Source: Octopus sinensis
Lineage: Eukaryota
Assembly (NCBI RefSeq): GCF_006345805.1
Contig: NC_043008.1
Location: 50,406,001-50,470,000, forward strand
Length of the DNA: 64,000 nt
Direction: 5' to 3'
This document shows, one piece after another, positions 25,171 to 37,689 of this stretch (its first letter is position 1; each line of letters begins with the position of its first letter). The position numbers were made by a program, and so were the translations under genes. A model generated the notes under the pieces. The model did no database searches. It was not told the DNA's origin and saw only the letters and a list, made by a program, of their open reading frames with translations.

Positions 25171-27071
25171 TATTAGCTTTTCTTTTCTAAGAAATTTTTT
25201 TTAGTTATAAGTGATCATTCTTGTCTAGAATGAAATATGAATAGTTGTTGTAATGATTAATAGATTTGTCTACTGTATGAATGTACTTTAATCGTATCCA
25301 TACAGAAAAATGTTTCGAAAAGTAAACAAAAAATTCAAAATAGGTATAGTGTAATGATGGATTGTGAAAGGTTTAGTTAGCATGTTCTCTTCTGGGATGA
25401 AAGAACCGGCGCTGCAAATGTTTGGAGATGATTATCAGAACAGATGTATATAAAGAAACAAAATACTGAGAAGCCTGCATTGGTGGTACCCCTTTGGAAT
25501 AGTTAAAGGAAAATAATAATAATAAATGAAAACATTGCAGTGATGCAACTAATGCTGCAAAGTCATGCAGAAGCCAACAGCAAATTGCAGCATGCAAAAG
25601 TTGTGCATTAGAAAATGTAAAAGATAATATTTAATGAATAATAGTTTCCTATTTAGAAGAAAGGTCATCCTGAAAAAACATTAGTGTAGCAGGGTGAGAG
25701 AGTGCAGGCTGTTTGAACCATAATAATAAGTATTGGTGTTCTTATACAGCTGGATGCCCTTCCTGTTGCTAACCCTTATCTATTTTTCAGGTAAGGGATC
25801 TGTTATTCCACACATCTTTAAAAGTGAAAAGCTAGCAAATGACCTGTTGACAAGAGAAATGTCAGCAACGTCACCATCTGAAGCTGAGTGATTTTTGGAG
25901 TAGTGCAAATGGAAACAAAACAAACACGTGTGGGGGGGGGGGGGCTTTTTTCAGTTTCCATCTATCATATCCACTCACAAGACTTTGATCAGCTCAGAGC
26001 AATAATAGAAGACATTTCCCCAAGGTGCTATGTGGTTGGTAAATGAACTTCTTTATCACACAGACATGTATGTATGTATGCTAACCTCTACTAGAAGACT
26101 TTTGCCTAAGATGCTCCACATTAGGATCAAACGTGCAATGCAAATTTCTTAATAATTAATTCAGTAGATAGAAATAAATATTGAAACAAGAATAATTCCA
26201 ACTAATTGAGTGACAGAATTGGTAAAATGACTAATTAAAAGCCTTGTGGTATACGGTTTAACCTATTACACATTGTGTTTGAATATTGCTTGAGGCAGAT
26301 CACGCCTTTCTTCCTTCAGAGGCAGATAAAAGAATTACTAGTTATATACAGGGGTTTGGTTCATTAACTACACCCTCCACCCCTAAAATTATGGCATTCT
26401 GCTAATTTTAGAAATCGTTATTTTTCATGTCTTTGTTTTATAAATTTTATTTTTTGTTACATTGATTTTACTTTCTTTCTGTTTTCAATTTGGTATTTAA
26501 ATGATTTATCGATATTGATTAATGTTTGTAAATTATTCACATTTTATTTTGGAAATTTGTGTTCTCAAGATTTTAATCTCTAAATCACTACATCAAGCCT
26601 ATTATAAGTTATTAGTTTTTGTATGTCTGCATTGTTAAGTTACTGTGCATTTGAGATGTTTATTGTTGTTGTTATTTAACCCTAGGCTATTGTTAAAGGA
26701 GCCTTAACTGCTATTTCTAGCAGGTCAAACATCCATGTTGAGTACCCCTTTGTATGTAGAGTTCTTGTGTGCTTGTGGTGTATGTAATATTTCTGTGATA
26801 TATTGCATAGTGTGTAAATGGAGATACTGTGGTGTCTTATAATCCTATAAATTTACCACACATTTCATATTTTGGCACTTTGCATTGGACTACACATTCC
26901 TTGCATTCCTCTTAAATATAATGCCATTATTATAACTGTTGCTGTAATACAAAATTGACACAAGGTGTCTTGCACATATGATATATCTTTTCATATTAAT
27001 TGTTTCTTTCTTTGTCTCATATATTCCATTTGTTGTTCTTGTGGCAATAAATCTTTATCATTGTTATTATT

Positions 27072-27298
27072 AAGGCAGCAAGCTGGCAGAATTGTTAACA
27101 AACCAGACAAAATGCTTAGCAGCATTTCTTCTGGCTTAACGTTCTGAGTTCAAATTCCGCCGAGATTGACTTGGCCTTTCATCCTTTCTGGATTGATAAA
27201 ATATGTATTGGTTTAGCCCTGAGGTCAATGTAATTAACGAAACCCCTTGCCTGAAAATTTCTGGCCTTGTGCCTATATTAGAAAGGATCATTATTATT
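27072..27298 (+). mobile_element. SINE family B, full length, with (ATT)n on both sides
   Basis: aaggcagcaagctggcagaattgttaac...ttctgagttcaaattccgccgagattgacttggcctttcatcctttc...gccttgtgcctatattagaaaggatcattattatt. Confidence 0.8.
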
Positions 27299-28559
27299 AA
27301 TCATAAGAGTAGTAGTGTTCACCAAATACTGGTTTTTTGCAGCTCTTTTTACCATATTACTGACAATAAAATTTGTTCATTTTTTCCTCCAAGGCTTCCT
27401 TTATCTGTAGTTTAGCTGTCTCAGGGTAAACAAAATGTCTTACCCTTTTTTTTTTAAAACTGTTGTTGTATAATGAAACTGGACACCCCTCCCTAGTAAA
27501 GCCATTTTAAATAGACCAGTAGCAGGTCAGAAGGTCGAGAGTATGTGTAGCCTGTGTTGATAGTTGTGTTTGTGCTGATTTAGTAATTATACTGTGATAC
27601 TGAGTGGATGTTATAATGATCCAACCTTTTGAGGATACTAACACTGAATGACCAGGGGCTGTACAGTGCCAGATAGAACATTCTATGGACGACTTCGGAA
27701 TATAACAATATTTGTCAGAGTGACAACTATCGTCAAAAGACAGATACACTGCTTTACAGCAACTGTGTTGAAATATAGAGTAAACATTGGAAGTAGGGAG
27801 TATTGACTTTCTTAACCAACCCATTGACATCACTTTAAAAGACAGGCTCTAAACTTAAATGTTTATCTGTAGCTTCAAATTAAAAGACAAAAGCTGCAGT
27901 CCTGTTGTATAGATGAGACACTGAAAATTTTGTTACATTTCAGAAGTTTACTTGTTTATATTTTGTCTTGTATTAAAAAACAAATAAAAAGCATTCATTT
28001 TTTAATATCTTTCTGAAAAGTGTATCTTCTGAGTAGCAGGCTTTAAATTATGTACCATAATCACACACACCTACAAAATAACCACACAGACATCACTAAA
28101 CAATGGTATATACAAATATTCCAGAAAAATGCAGGATTTTACAGGAGAAACATTATCACCTAGGAATAAACAAGGAATACTGTTATCTTCTTTTCCATGT
28201 CACAGATCTGCATAGAATACATTCAGAAATACATGATTCACATGCATAATAAACTTTGTAAGCATGAGACAAAAAAATCCCAAATTCTGTAATGCAATGC
28301 TCACAGCATTAAAACACCTTTATGGAACTAAAGAATTTTTCACCACTCATGATATTCACGTTGTAATAATTCAGAGAATATTGTTACTTCAAGAACACAA
28401 AACATTCCAAATTATATTCAAATCACATTATACATTTAAAACAGTCTAAAGCCCAATAAAAACCCATGTGAAGTGACATTATAAAAAATTTGAAATGCTC
28501 CTTCTTTGAAAATTGACACATCTTCAGGCTACTATATAAAGATAGAAAATACAAAACAA

Positions 28560-29050
28560 AAGCAAAAAGGACCATATTGGCTTCAATAACAAAACCCTCT
28601 TATACACAGCATTCTAGCTATTGTCAGCATCAGCTAATCTTTCATCTCCATTCCCTGCTAACCATTCATGCAAAAAGTACTCAACATCACCTTTAGAAGT
28701 GACATAAAACGCTGGCTAATAGTTACAAGAGCAACACTTTCAGATCTTGTAATTTATAAAATGGGATACCACAAGGATCTGTCCTCTTGTCCACTCTTTT
28801 CAAGCTATACTTGTATAGCTTTCCTGCACTTCCACAAAGTGTGCAAAGGTCCTCATGCATATCCTCCCATCATTTTCCAGATACAGATGCTGCACAACTA
28901 TTCCAACCCTATTTAAATCTCCTGGAAACTTGGCTCTACACCAACAGACTTAAATAAAGTAGCATCAACTGCAAATCCACTGTCTTCCTTCTTACCAGAG
29001 AACATCAATTATAATTAGCCATTACACTCAAGTACTTGACCATAACACAC
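28560..29050 (+). mobile_element. Non-LTR retrotransposon RT-domain remnant (I/Jockey-group-like), frameshifted
   Basis: Fragments translate as ILAIVSIS*SF (cf. AVDISKAFD), NGIPQGSVLLSTLF (cf. GVPQGSVLSPxLF) and DAAQLFQPYLNLLETWLYTNRLK. Confidence 0.7.
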
Positions 29051-29430
29051 TCCTACATGGCAAAAATACTAAGAGGAGTTACTTACAATTCATTCACAAC
29101 ATACACACACAAGATATAGTAAAATAAAAAAAATAATAAAAACTACACAAACATACTTAGGATAATCAGTGGCACCACATTTGGCCAACTGAATGAAACA
29201 ACAACACTACTTTAGATTCATCATGGATGAGGCAAATCCTATTTGAGTACCCAGTCTATTCACAATAAATTGCATAGTACACAAAAAATATGCATCATAA
29301 ATAAGTGCAGACCACCTACATAGCAAAACAAAACTACTAAATATGAAAGATCATCTGGATATGTGCGGAGCAGAACTTTTGCTTCTGCAAGCATTAACTC
29401 TCAGAGTGCTTATCACTATATATATATATG

Positions 29431-29728
29431 TGCCCTTTTCAAGCCTAGCCAGGCTCAGGGGTCTGGTTTCTATGGCGTGTGTGTTCCCCCCAGCTGGACG
29501 GGACGCCAGTCCATCGCAGCGTTACTCAAGAAACAGGAAGAAAGAGTGAGAGAAAGTTGGGGCGAAAGAGTACAACAGGGGTCGCCACCACCCCCTGCCA
29601 GAGCCCTGTGGACCTTTAGATGTTTTCGCTCAATAAACACACACAACACCCGGTCTGGGAATTGAAACCACGATCCTCTGACCGTGAGTCCACTGCCCTA
29701 ACGAAACCACTGGGTCATTGCGCCTCCA
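29431..29728 (-). mobile_element. SINE family E (tRNA-like head, V-SINE-like central motif), inserted in (TA)n
   Basis: Minus strand tggaggcgcaatgacccagtgg...gtggtttcaattccc (A/B-box like) and cgctgcgatggactggcgtcccgtccagctgggg, resembling the V-domain gcgatggactggcgacctgtccaggg. (TA)n on both sides. Confidence 0.75.
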
Positions 29729-30537
29729 TATATATATATGTATAGTTAAAGACATATCCTAATATTTTTACTTCTCATATATATAAACATATAAAATAAG
29801 ATTATTCTCCACTTATGTTAAAAAGTTAAACTTATTTTAATTACACATACACATACATATATAAGAAAATTTTGATACATTTTCAACTTGTTCTCCATAT
29901 TCCCCCCTCTTTCTCATATATAATCATCATCATTTAATAATCCTGTCCTTTACTTGTTGTTTCTAGTATGTCTGAGGTGACATTTATTCCCCAGACCATG
30001 ATTTTTTTTTTCCTAAATTTCTTGATTGCTATGTTTTCAATATAGGAGATTAGGGTTTTGCCCAAAAGTTATGGTCTCGATATTTTAATTTTCTCCCTCC
30101 CCACCCCAATTTCTTCATTTTTTACTTTTTTTCCAAATTTTTTGTTGGTAATCCACAGAGAAAAAAGCAGAGTATGAATCTTTAAGAATTTTCATTTTTG
30201 TTTTTTCTTGAATAAACACTAAAATCTCCTTCTCAGACATCCACCCATCACCCCCACCACTTTCAAAAACCTACAAACTCTCAATGTGTTCACTTTTAAC
30301 TTTTGGAAAACGGGGAAGTTTCTTCAGAAATAATGTTGATTCTAGCATGTCAGGTTTTCTGGTGGTGCTCTGATATTCATTACGTGTGCTATTTCAGTAC
30401 AATTCTATGTGTTGCTGAAACATCAAATGACTGCGAAACATTGGGTGTTTTTAGCTTTTTGAAACCAGGTAGGTGGTGGGTGAGCAAGGTTGGGAAAGGG
30501 GCATTGAGTGTTTCTTGAGGAAAAATTAAACTTAAAA

Positions 30538-30646
30538 TGCGTGGCATCTTGGGCAAGTGTTTTCTGCTATAGCCCCGGGCCGACCAATGCCTTGTGAGTG
30601 GATTTGGTAGACGGAAACTGAAAGAAGCCTGTCGTATATATGTATG

Positions 30647-30679
<33 letters not shown>

Positions 30680-30890
30680 TTGTGTGTCTGTGTTTGTCAC
30701 CCTAGCATTGCTTGACAACCGATGCTGGTGTGTCTACGTCCCCGCTACTTAGCGGTTCGGCAAAAGAGACCGATAGAATAAGTACTGGGCTTACAAAGAA
30801 TAAGTTCCGGGGTCGATTTGATCGACTAAAGGCGGTGCTCCAGCATGGCCGCAGTCAAATGACTGAAACAAGTAAAAGAGTAAAAGAGTA
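30538..30890 (+). mobile_element. SINE family A, young, 5'-truncated
   Basis: Near-identical to 31300-31660 from tgcgtggcatcttgggc to ggcggtgctccagcatggccgcagtcaaatgactgaaacaagtaaaagagtaaaagag. Confidence 0.9.
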
Positions 30891-30894
30891 TATA

Positions 30895-31276
30895 TATTAC
30901 CCAGATTCATAATCTCTGTACTTTACTACTTGGATAAAAAAAAAAATACAAAAAAAGTTACAAATTAAGAAATTGCAGCGGGGTTAGGGGAAAATTAGAA
31001 TTGTGAAAACGTGATTTCTGGGCAAACTCATATTAAATTCCTTTTATATGATGAAACAATGCATAGTTTGCGATCCTTCTTAAGAACAGAAAGCACTTTC
31101 ATGCAAACCCATGCAAATTGTTCCCGCCCCCCTTTACTTTGAAACAAACAATAACTTCCATTACGCCAGTAATCCAGTTCACTATATATCAGCCAATTCT
31201 GCCCATAAGAAAGAAACAAATAATATGATGCGGCTGTAGGTCATTGCACCCGGGCAATGCCGGGATGCATTGCTAG
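30895..31276 (+). mobile_element. Helitron-like element (3' end at 31276)
   Basis: Hairpin cccgg-gcaatg-ccggg (31249-31264), 8 nt, then CTAG|T (31273-31277). Same terminal motif as 6964-6991 on the other strand. 5' boundary uncertain. Confidence 0.65.
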
Positions 31277-31299
31277 TGTGTATATGTGTGTGTGTGTAT

Positions 31300-31660
31300 G
31301 TAGCTTGCTAACCAACCATATGGTACCGGGTTCAGTCCCACTGCGTGGCATCTTGGGCGAGTGTCTTCTGCTATAGCCCCGGGCCGACCAATGCCTTGTG
31401 AGTGGATTTGGTAGATGGAAACTGAAAGAAGCCTGTCGTATATATGTATATGTGTGTCTGTGTTTGTCCCCCTAGCATTGCTTGACAACCGATGCTGGTG
31501 TGTTTACGTTCCCGTCACTTAGCGGTTCGGCGAAAGAGACCGATACAATAAGTACTGGGCTTACAAATAATAAGTCCCGGGGTCAATTTGCTCGACTAAA
31601 GGCGGTGCTCCAGCATGGCCACAGTCAAATGACTGAAACAAGTAAAAGAGAGTAAAAGAG
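31300..31660 (+). mobile_element. SINE family A, young, near full length
   Basis: gtagcttgctaaccaaccatatggtaccgggttcagtcccactgcgtggc...gtaaaagagagtaaaagag. Confidence 0.9.
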
Positions 31661-31686
31661 TATATATATTTATATATAAATATATG

Positions 31687-31718
<32 letters not shown>

Positions 31719-32499
31719 TACACACACACCCCTCCAAACACCCTGACAAATTTACAACTCCTTAAGACACTATTACACCAAAACTCATAGAGCACCCTCA
31801 CTTGCTTAGCCAAAGAATACATGGTACATACACATAGTAATAGTTAGAGCATCAATAGCCTCACTGCCCCAAATATTCTACTGAGTTGCACATTACCAAC
31901 AGTAAGTTCAGAAGAACAAGTGTTGTCACCAGAATTTACAGAGTATGGAGAAAGTGGGATCATGTCCAAACTGTCACACTTTTATTTCATACTGCAGATT
32001 CTGACATTTCAGTGTTAAATTGTTTGGCCCTCAGGTAAATGGTTTAGCTAAGACAGCAGATCTTTGGTTCCATACCTCATCATTTGCTTATATCTGGTCT
32101 GAAGAGCTCCACAACAAAAACAACAAACACATTCACATTACAGAGGGAGAAAGAGAAGTCGGGATCACAGGAAGAGAGACAGGCAAGAAGGCAGAGACAG
32201 TAAAAAAAAGAGAGACGTTGAAAGTATGAGAGAAAGAAATGTAGAGGGGTGTGTGTGTGTGCACTGAAGGTGAGTGAGAGGCAAGAGGAGACGAAGTAGG
32301 AAGGAGTGAAAGTGGCACAGAGAAAAGAGAAATATAGTTGTTAGTTTGTGTGTTTATTAATACAAATGAGATATTAGGAGATATTATCCATAGCTGAATT
32401 GTGCTGAACAAATATTGGAAGAGTAATGTTTACATATAGACTATGTAGTTTTCTCATTACAAACTAACTGTACTGATCTTTAGATCCTGGACACACATT

Positions 32500-32720
32500 T
32501 ATGTGTGTGTGCATGTGTGTATATATATATATGTATGTATGTATGTATGTATATATATATATATATATATATCTATGTGTATATGTATGTATATATGTAT
32601 GTATGTATATATATATATATATATGTATGTATATATATATGTATGTATATATATATATGTATGTATATATATATGTATGTATATATATATATATTATATA
32701 TATATATGTATGTATATATA
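32500..32720. repeat. Compound (TG)/(TA)/(TATG)n microsatellite
   Basis: Read directly; it generates the Y/I/M/C/V-rich pseudo-ORFs in the track. Confidence 0.95.
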
Positions 32721-33281
32721 CGAGAAAGAAGCAACAAGAATGGATTGGTTTTTAGTACAATTGTTTCATACAAAGACAGGCTTTATTACAAGTTGCAAAA
32801 ATTGCAGCAGATAAAAGTGTCCCGTACTCATCAGCTAAAATACATTTGAGTTCTCTAGTGGGTGAGGTTATACTCATGAAATATTGGAGATAGTTCCATT
32901 AGAGGCAGATATAGGTTGTAAACAGTTTTCCAAAGTTCCTGGAGATAGTTCCATTAGAGGCAGATATAGGTTGTAAACAGTTTTCCAAAGTTCCTGGAGA
33001 TAGTTCCATTAGAGGCAGATATAGGTTGTAAACAGTTTTCCAAAGTTCCTTAGGGAACTTTGGAATACTGTTTACAACCTATATCTGCCTCTAATGGAAC
33101 TATCTCCAATATTTCATGAGTATAGCCTCACCCACTAAGATGTCTAGAGAACTCAAATGTATTTTAGCTGATGAGTACGGGACACTTTTATCTGCTGCAA
33201 TTTTTGCAACTTGTAATAAAGCCTGTCTTTGTATGAAACAATTGTACTAAAAACCAATCCATTCTTGTTGCTTCTTTCTCG
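32721..33281. repeat. 561-bp near-perfect palindrome (228-bp arms, 4-nt loop TTAG) with a 55-bp unit triplicated in the left arm
   Basis: Left arm 32721-33049 and right arm 33054-33281 are reverse complements apart from two substitutions, a 9-bp indel and two extra copies of a 55-mer (units 32886-32940, 32941-32995, 32996-33050). The ORF track shows the same peptide ([25 protein letters not shown]...) on both strands. Confidence 0.95.
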
Positions 33282-33398
33282 TTTATAATCACCCCACATT
33301 ACTGTATGGATAACACCATATAGTTTTTCTGGTGCATCTAAGTTAAGTACCACATTCAAGTAAATTCATTGGAAGTTACTTGAATCTTAATTGCTTTG

Positions 33399-33403
33399 TA
33401 TGT

Positions 33404-33439
<36 letters not shown>

Positions 33440-33630
33440 GTATATATATGTATGTATATATATATATGTATGTATATATATATATATGTATGTATATGTA
33501 TGTATATATATGTATGTATGTATGTATATGTATGTATGTATATGTATGTATGTATATGTATGTATGTATATATATATATGTATATATATGTATGTATGTA
33601 TATGTATATATGTGTATATTTATATATGTA
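33399..33630. repeat. Compound (TA)/(TATG)n microsatellite
   Basis: Read directly. Confidence 0.95.
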
Positions 33631-33632
33631 TC

Positions 33633-33990
33633 ACCATCATCATCGTTTAACGTCCGCTTTCCATGCTAGCATGTGTTGGACGATTTGACTGAGGTCTGGC
33701 GAACCAGATGGCTGCATCAGGCTCCAATCTGATCTGGCAGAGTTTCTACAGCTGGATGCCCTTCCTAACGCCAACCACTCTGAGAGTGTTGTGGGTGCTT
33801 TTACGTGCCACCGGCAGGAGGTCCTGTCAGGCGATACTGACAACGGATAGGCTCAAATGGTGCTTATTATGTGCCACCTGCACAGGAGCCAGTCCAGCGG
33901 CACTGACAACGACCTCGCTCGAATGTTTTTTCACATGCCGCCAACACAAATGCCAGTAAGGCAATGCAGGTAACGATCACACTTGATTGG
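33633..33990 (-). mobile_element. SINE-like family C, well preserved
   Basis: catcatcatcgtttaacgtccgctttccatgctagcatg...ggatgcccttcctaacgccaaccactctgagagtg...gcttttacgtgccacc; reverse complement of 6078-6420. Confidence 0.85.
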
Positions 33991-33993
33991 TGC

Positions 33994-34024
<31 letters not shown>

Positions 34025-35721
34025 GCATGTATATATATATATGCATGTATATATATTATATGGGGGTGAGAGAGAAAGAGATTATATGTGGGTTACACTT
34101 TTATTTTTACTCATGTATTTTGAGGCAGTTTCTTTCCTTTTTTATCTATACTTTTGTATAAGTGCTTTTGTGTTGCAGGGTTTGGAATATTAATTATCCT
34201 AAGATCACCATAGCATCAGCATTTCTAGGTCCTTATGACCTTATTGTCTGGGTAAAGCATGTTGAAATAATAGTTTGTAGTGGTGAATGTAATTACTGAA
34301 TAAGCAGAATGTAATTGGTTCATGTTATATATTTTCTTTCATCAGATGCTTCTAGATTTTTAAGTTTGTAACCGTTACTATTACTAAAGTGTTGGAACAT
34401 CTGAATATTCTTGTATAAAGTGTTGTTACTTTTTAGCCCCAGGATAACATTTATTGATCACAACTATTTCAACTGCAAACATTTTTTTTCCTACATCTGA
34501 AGCACTGTATTTTGACTACTTTTTTAGTTAATGCATCCTTCTCTGTTTTAAGACAAGAGAATGTGATTCTAGAGAGGATTTGAATGCAGTTTTTAATGGG
34601 TCAAACATAGTGGTTCACTCATTTGCTCTAAATTTTTAGTGTTTGTTTAGCCGGAAGGATCAGTTCTGTAAGTTGTCTTACTTTCATGGAATACTCACTC
34701 TGTTGAGAAAACTCATATTAAATAATGCCATTCTTGGTAGTTAGTTGTATCTCATGTTAGCTATGATTAAGCAGACCTAATTTTATGTTGTTTTGTGTTG
34801 TACCATGTTGAGAGTATATGGAAAGCTTGTGAGATAGCCTGCTACTCATTAGTCCAACAATTTGGATTAACAAACTCAACAATATCCAGCTTTGCATTTA
34901 TGATTGTTATATTGGTTGTGTGAAGGTTTACCTGACTGACTAGCTTACAGTTTCTTAATAAGGAGACTTTTAATTTACTTTGTGTTTTGTAATAAGTTAT
35001 TATCGATACTGTTTTATGTTTAATTGATGATATCAGTAGGTTAGAATTGATGCATGTGCAAGTTTTATAATTATATCTTGTGTTGTTACAGTCACTGCAT
35101 TGATTTTGGTCTGTAACCCTGTGTATGTTGGTCAACTGATGTACATGACTATCTTGTCAACTTGCTTTTTATGTGGTATTGCTGATATATTTTTATGAGA
35201 TATGGCTGTGTTTCTGAAGTAATGAAAGGTACTTCAAAGTTGGGGTTGCATAACATTCGCATTTCTACGAATATTAGCTTGATTAGCTTGTTTTTTTCTT
35301 TCTTTTTTATCTTTTATTTCTGTGTTAATGAGGAGGTGAAGGAGCAATGCTCATGACCTTTGGTGGTACTGATGTTCACACTGAGATAAGGCTGCGAATT
35401 GGCAGAATCATTACCACACACTGGGAAAAATTCTTTGCAGCAGTTCATCCCATCTATATATTCCGAGTTCAAATTTCACCAAAGTACTGGTTGATGTAAT
35501 CAACTTATCCCCTCCTTTGAAATTGCTGGCCTTGTGCCAAGATTTGAAACCAATATAATATCTGCAGGATACAAGAAAATCATGTTTTTCTCTAATTGCT
35601 TGTAAGGTGTGAACTTTGCTGAACACGTCCAAATATTATGTGTGTTAAGCTTACTATCAAAAGTCATTGTACATATCAGTGACAGCTAATTGCTGTACTT
35701 TGATTATATATAAAGGTATCA

Positions 35722-37492
35722 CTGGCCATCGTGCTGTGGGCACATAACAAACACCATCCGGTCGTGGCCGTTCGCCAGCCTCATCTAGCACCTGTGTCGG
35801 TGGCACATAAAAACACCATCCGAAGACCCAGCAAGACTAGTCAGGCCATAAACCATGGCCCCTACCTGGGACGTAGTCAGTCCACCTGTGCATACCTTCC
35901 TCCTTGTGATACTTGTGAAGGCCTGTTGAGGCAAGTGAAAATCAAAATCAAAATCAAAATCAAAACAAATCAAAATAGATGAACATCAATGGAATTTGTA
36001 TTTTGTGGTACCAGTGCCGGTGGCACACAAGAGAAAACCATCCGAAAGTGGCCGTAGCCAGTACCGCATCGACTGGCCTCCGTGCTGTGGGCACATCCGA
36101 AAGTGGCCGTAGCCAGTACCGCATCGACTGGCCTCCGTGCTGTGGGCACATGACAAACACCATCCGATCATGGCCGTTCGCCAGCCTCATCTAGCACCTG
36201 TGTCGGTGGCACATAAAAACACCATCCGAAGACCCGGCAAGACTAGTCAGGCCATAACCCATGGCCCCTACCTGGGACGTAGTCAGTCCACCTGTGCATA
36301 CCTTCCTTCTTGTGACACTTGTGAAGACCTGTTGAGGCAAGTGAAAATCAAAATCAAAACAAATCAAAATAGATGAACATCAATGGAATCTGTATCTTTG
36401 TGGTACCAGTGCTGGTGGCACAAACTTTGTGGTACCAGTGCCGGTGGCACACAAGAGAACCATCCGAACGTGGCCGTAGCCAGTTCCGCATCGACGGCCT
36501 CCGTGCTGTGGGCACGTAACAAACACCATCCGATCATGGCCATTCGCCAGCCTCATCTGGCACCTGTGTCGGTGGCACATAAAAAACACCTTCCGAAGAC
36601 CCGGCAAGACTAGTCAGTCCACCTGTGCATACCTTCCTTCTTGTGACACTTGTGAAGACCGGTTGAGGCAAGTGAAAATCAAATCAAATCAAATCAAATC
36701 AAATCAAATCAAAATAGACAAAATAGATGAACATCAATGGAATTTGTATCTTGTGGTACCAGTGCCTGTGGCACACAAGAAATCCATCAGTGCTGTAGTC
36801 AGTGCGGTGGGCACATGACAAACACCATCCGATCGTGGCTGTTCGCCAGCCTCATCTAGCACCTGTGTCGGTGGCACATAAAAACACCATCCGAAGACCC
36901 GGCAAGACTAGTCAGGCCATAACCCATGGCCCCTACCTGGGACGTAGTCACTCCACCTGTGCATACCTTCCTTCTTGTGACACTTGTGAAGACCTGTTGA
37001 GGCAAGTGAAAATCAAATCAAAACAAATGAACATCAATGGAATTTGTATCTTTGTGGTACCAGTGCCGGTGGCACGTGGCACACAATAAAACCATCCGAA
37101 CGTGGCCGTAGCCAGTACCGCATCGACTGGCCTCCGTGCTGTGGGCACGTAACAAGCACCATCCGATCGTGGCCGTTTGCCAGCCTCATCTGGCACCTGT
37201 GTCGGTGGCACATAAAAACACCATCCGAGCGTGGCCGTCTGCCAGCCTCGTCTGGCACCTGTGTCGGTGGCACATAAAAAACACCATCCGAGCGTGGCCG
37301 TTTGCCAGCCTCGTCTGGCACCTGTGTCGGTGGCACATAAAATCACCCACTACACTCTCGGAGTGGTTGGCGTTAGGAAGGGCATCCAGCTGTAGAAACA
37401 CTGCCAGATCTGACTGGACTGGTGCTGCTTTCGGGCTCCCCAGACCCCAGTTGAACCGTCCAACCCATGCTAGCATGGAAAGCGGACGTTAA

Positions 37493-37524
<32 letters not shown>
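35722..37524 (+). mobile_element. Multimeric retroposon 3' region: four 330-410-bp units, then about 58-bp subrepeats, ending in a family C tail and (GAT)n
   Basis: Marker gcaagtgaaa at 35931, 36337, 36668 and 37002 (periods 406, 331, 334). Each unit carries an (AAATC/AAAATC)n tract of different length. Tail 37341-37524. GTATCA flanks both ends (35716-35721, 37525-37530). Confidence 0.85.
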
Positions 37525-37525
<1 letters not shown>

Positions 37526-37689
37526 TATCATGTTGTTTATCTTTGTTTCTTTATTGTGTAAGAAAAGAATTATTGTATTGCTTCAATCATTATTTCTGCC
37601 GTACATTGTAGGTTTACAAGAGCAAGGAACTAAGTACTTGCAACAATATTTGTTTTCCAGTTTCACAACTGCTTCTTAAGTGAGTGTCG

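Noticed and set aside
32501-34354. Many 60-115 aa ORFs rich in Y/I/M/C/V (also 53872-54354 and 56761-57003)
   Set aside because: They are translations of TA/TATG/CA microsatellites.
35915-35960. Hammerhead-like CTGTTGA...GAAA in each array unit (retrozyme hypothesis)
   Set aside because: The core is CUGUUGA rather than CUGANGA, helix II is not convincingly paired, and I find no helix III partner or NUH cleavage triplet. An Infernal/RNAMotif scan would settle it.
35722-37340. CRISPR-like repeat-spacer appearance of the array and of the 55-bp triplet at 32886-33050
   Set aside because: The intervening sequences are themselves repeated, there are no unique spacers and no cas genes, and the context is eukaryotic.
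35731-37492. Repeated H/R/C-rich ORFs on both strands
   Set aside because: They arise from GC-richer tandem repeat units, with frames shifting between units and no domain similarity.
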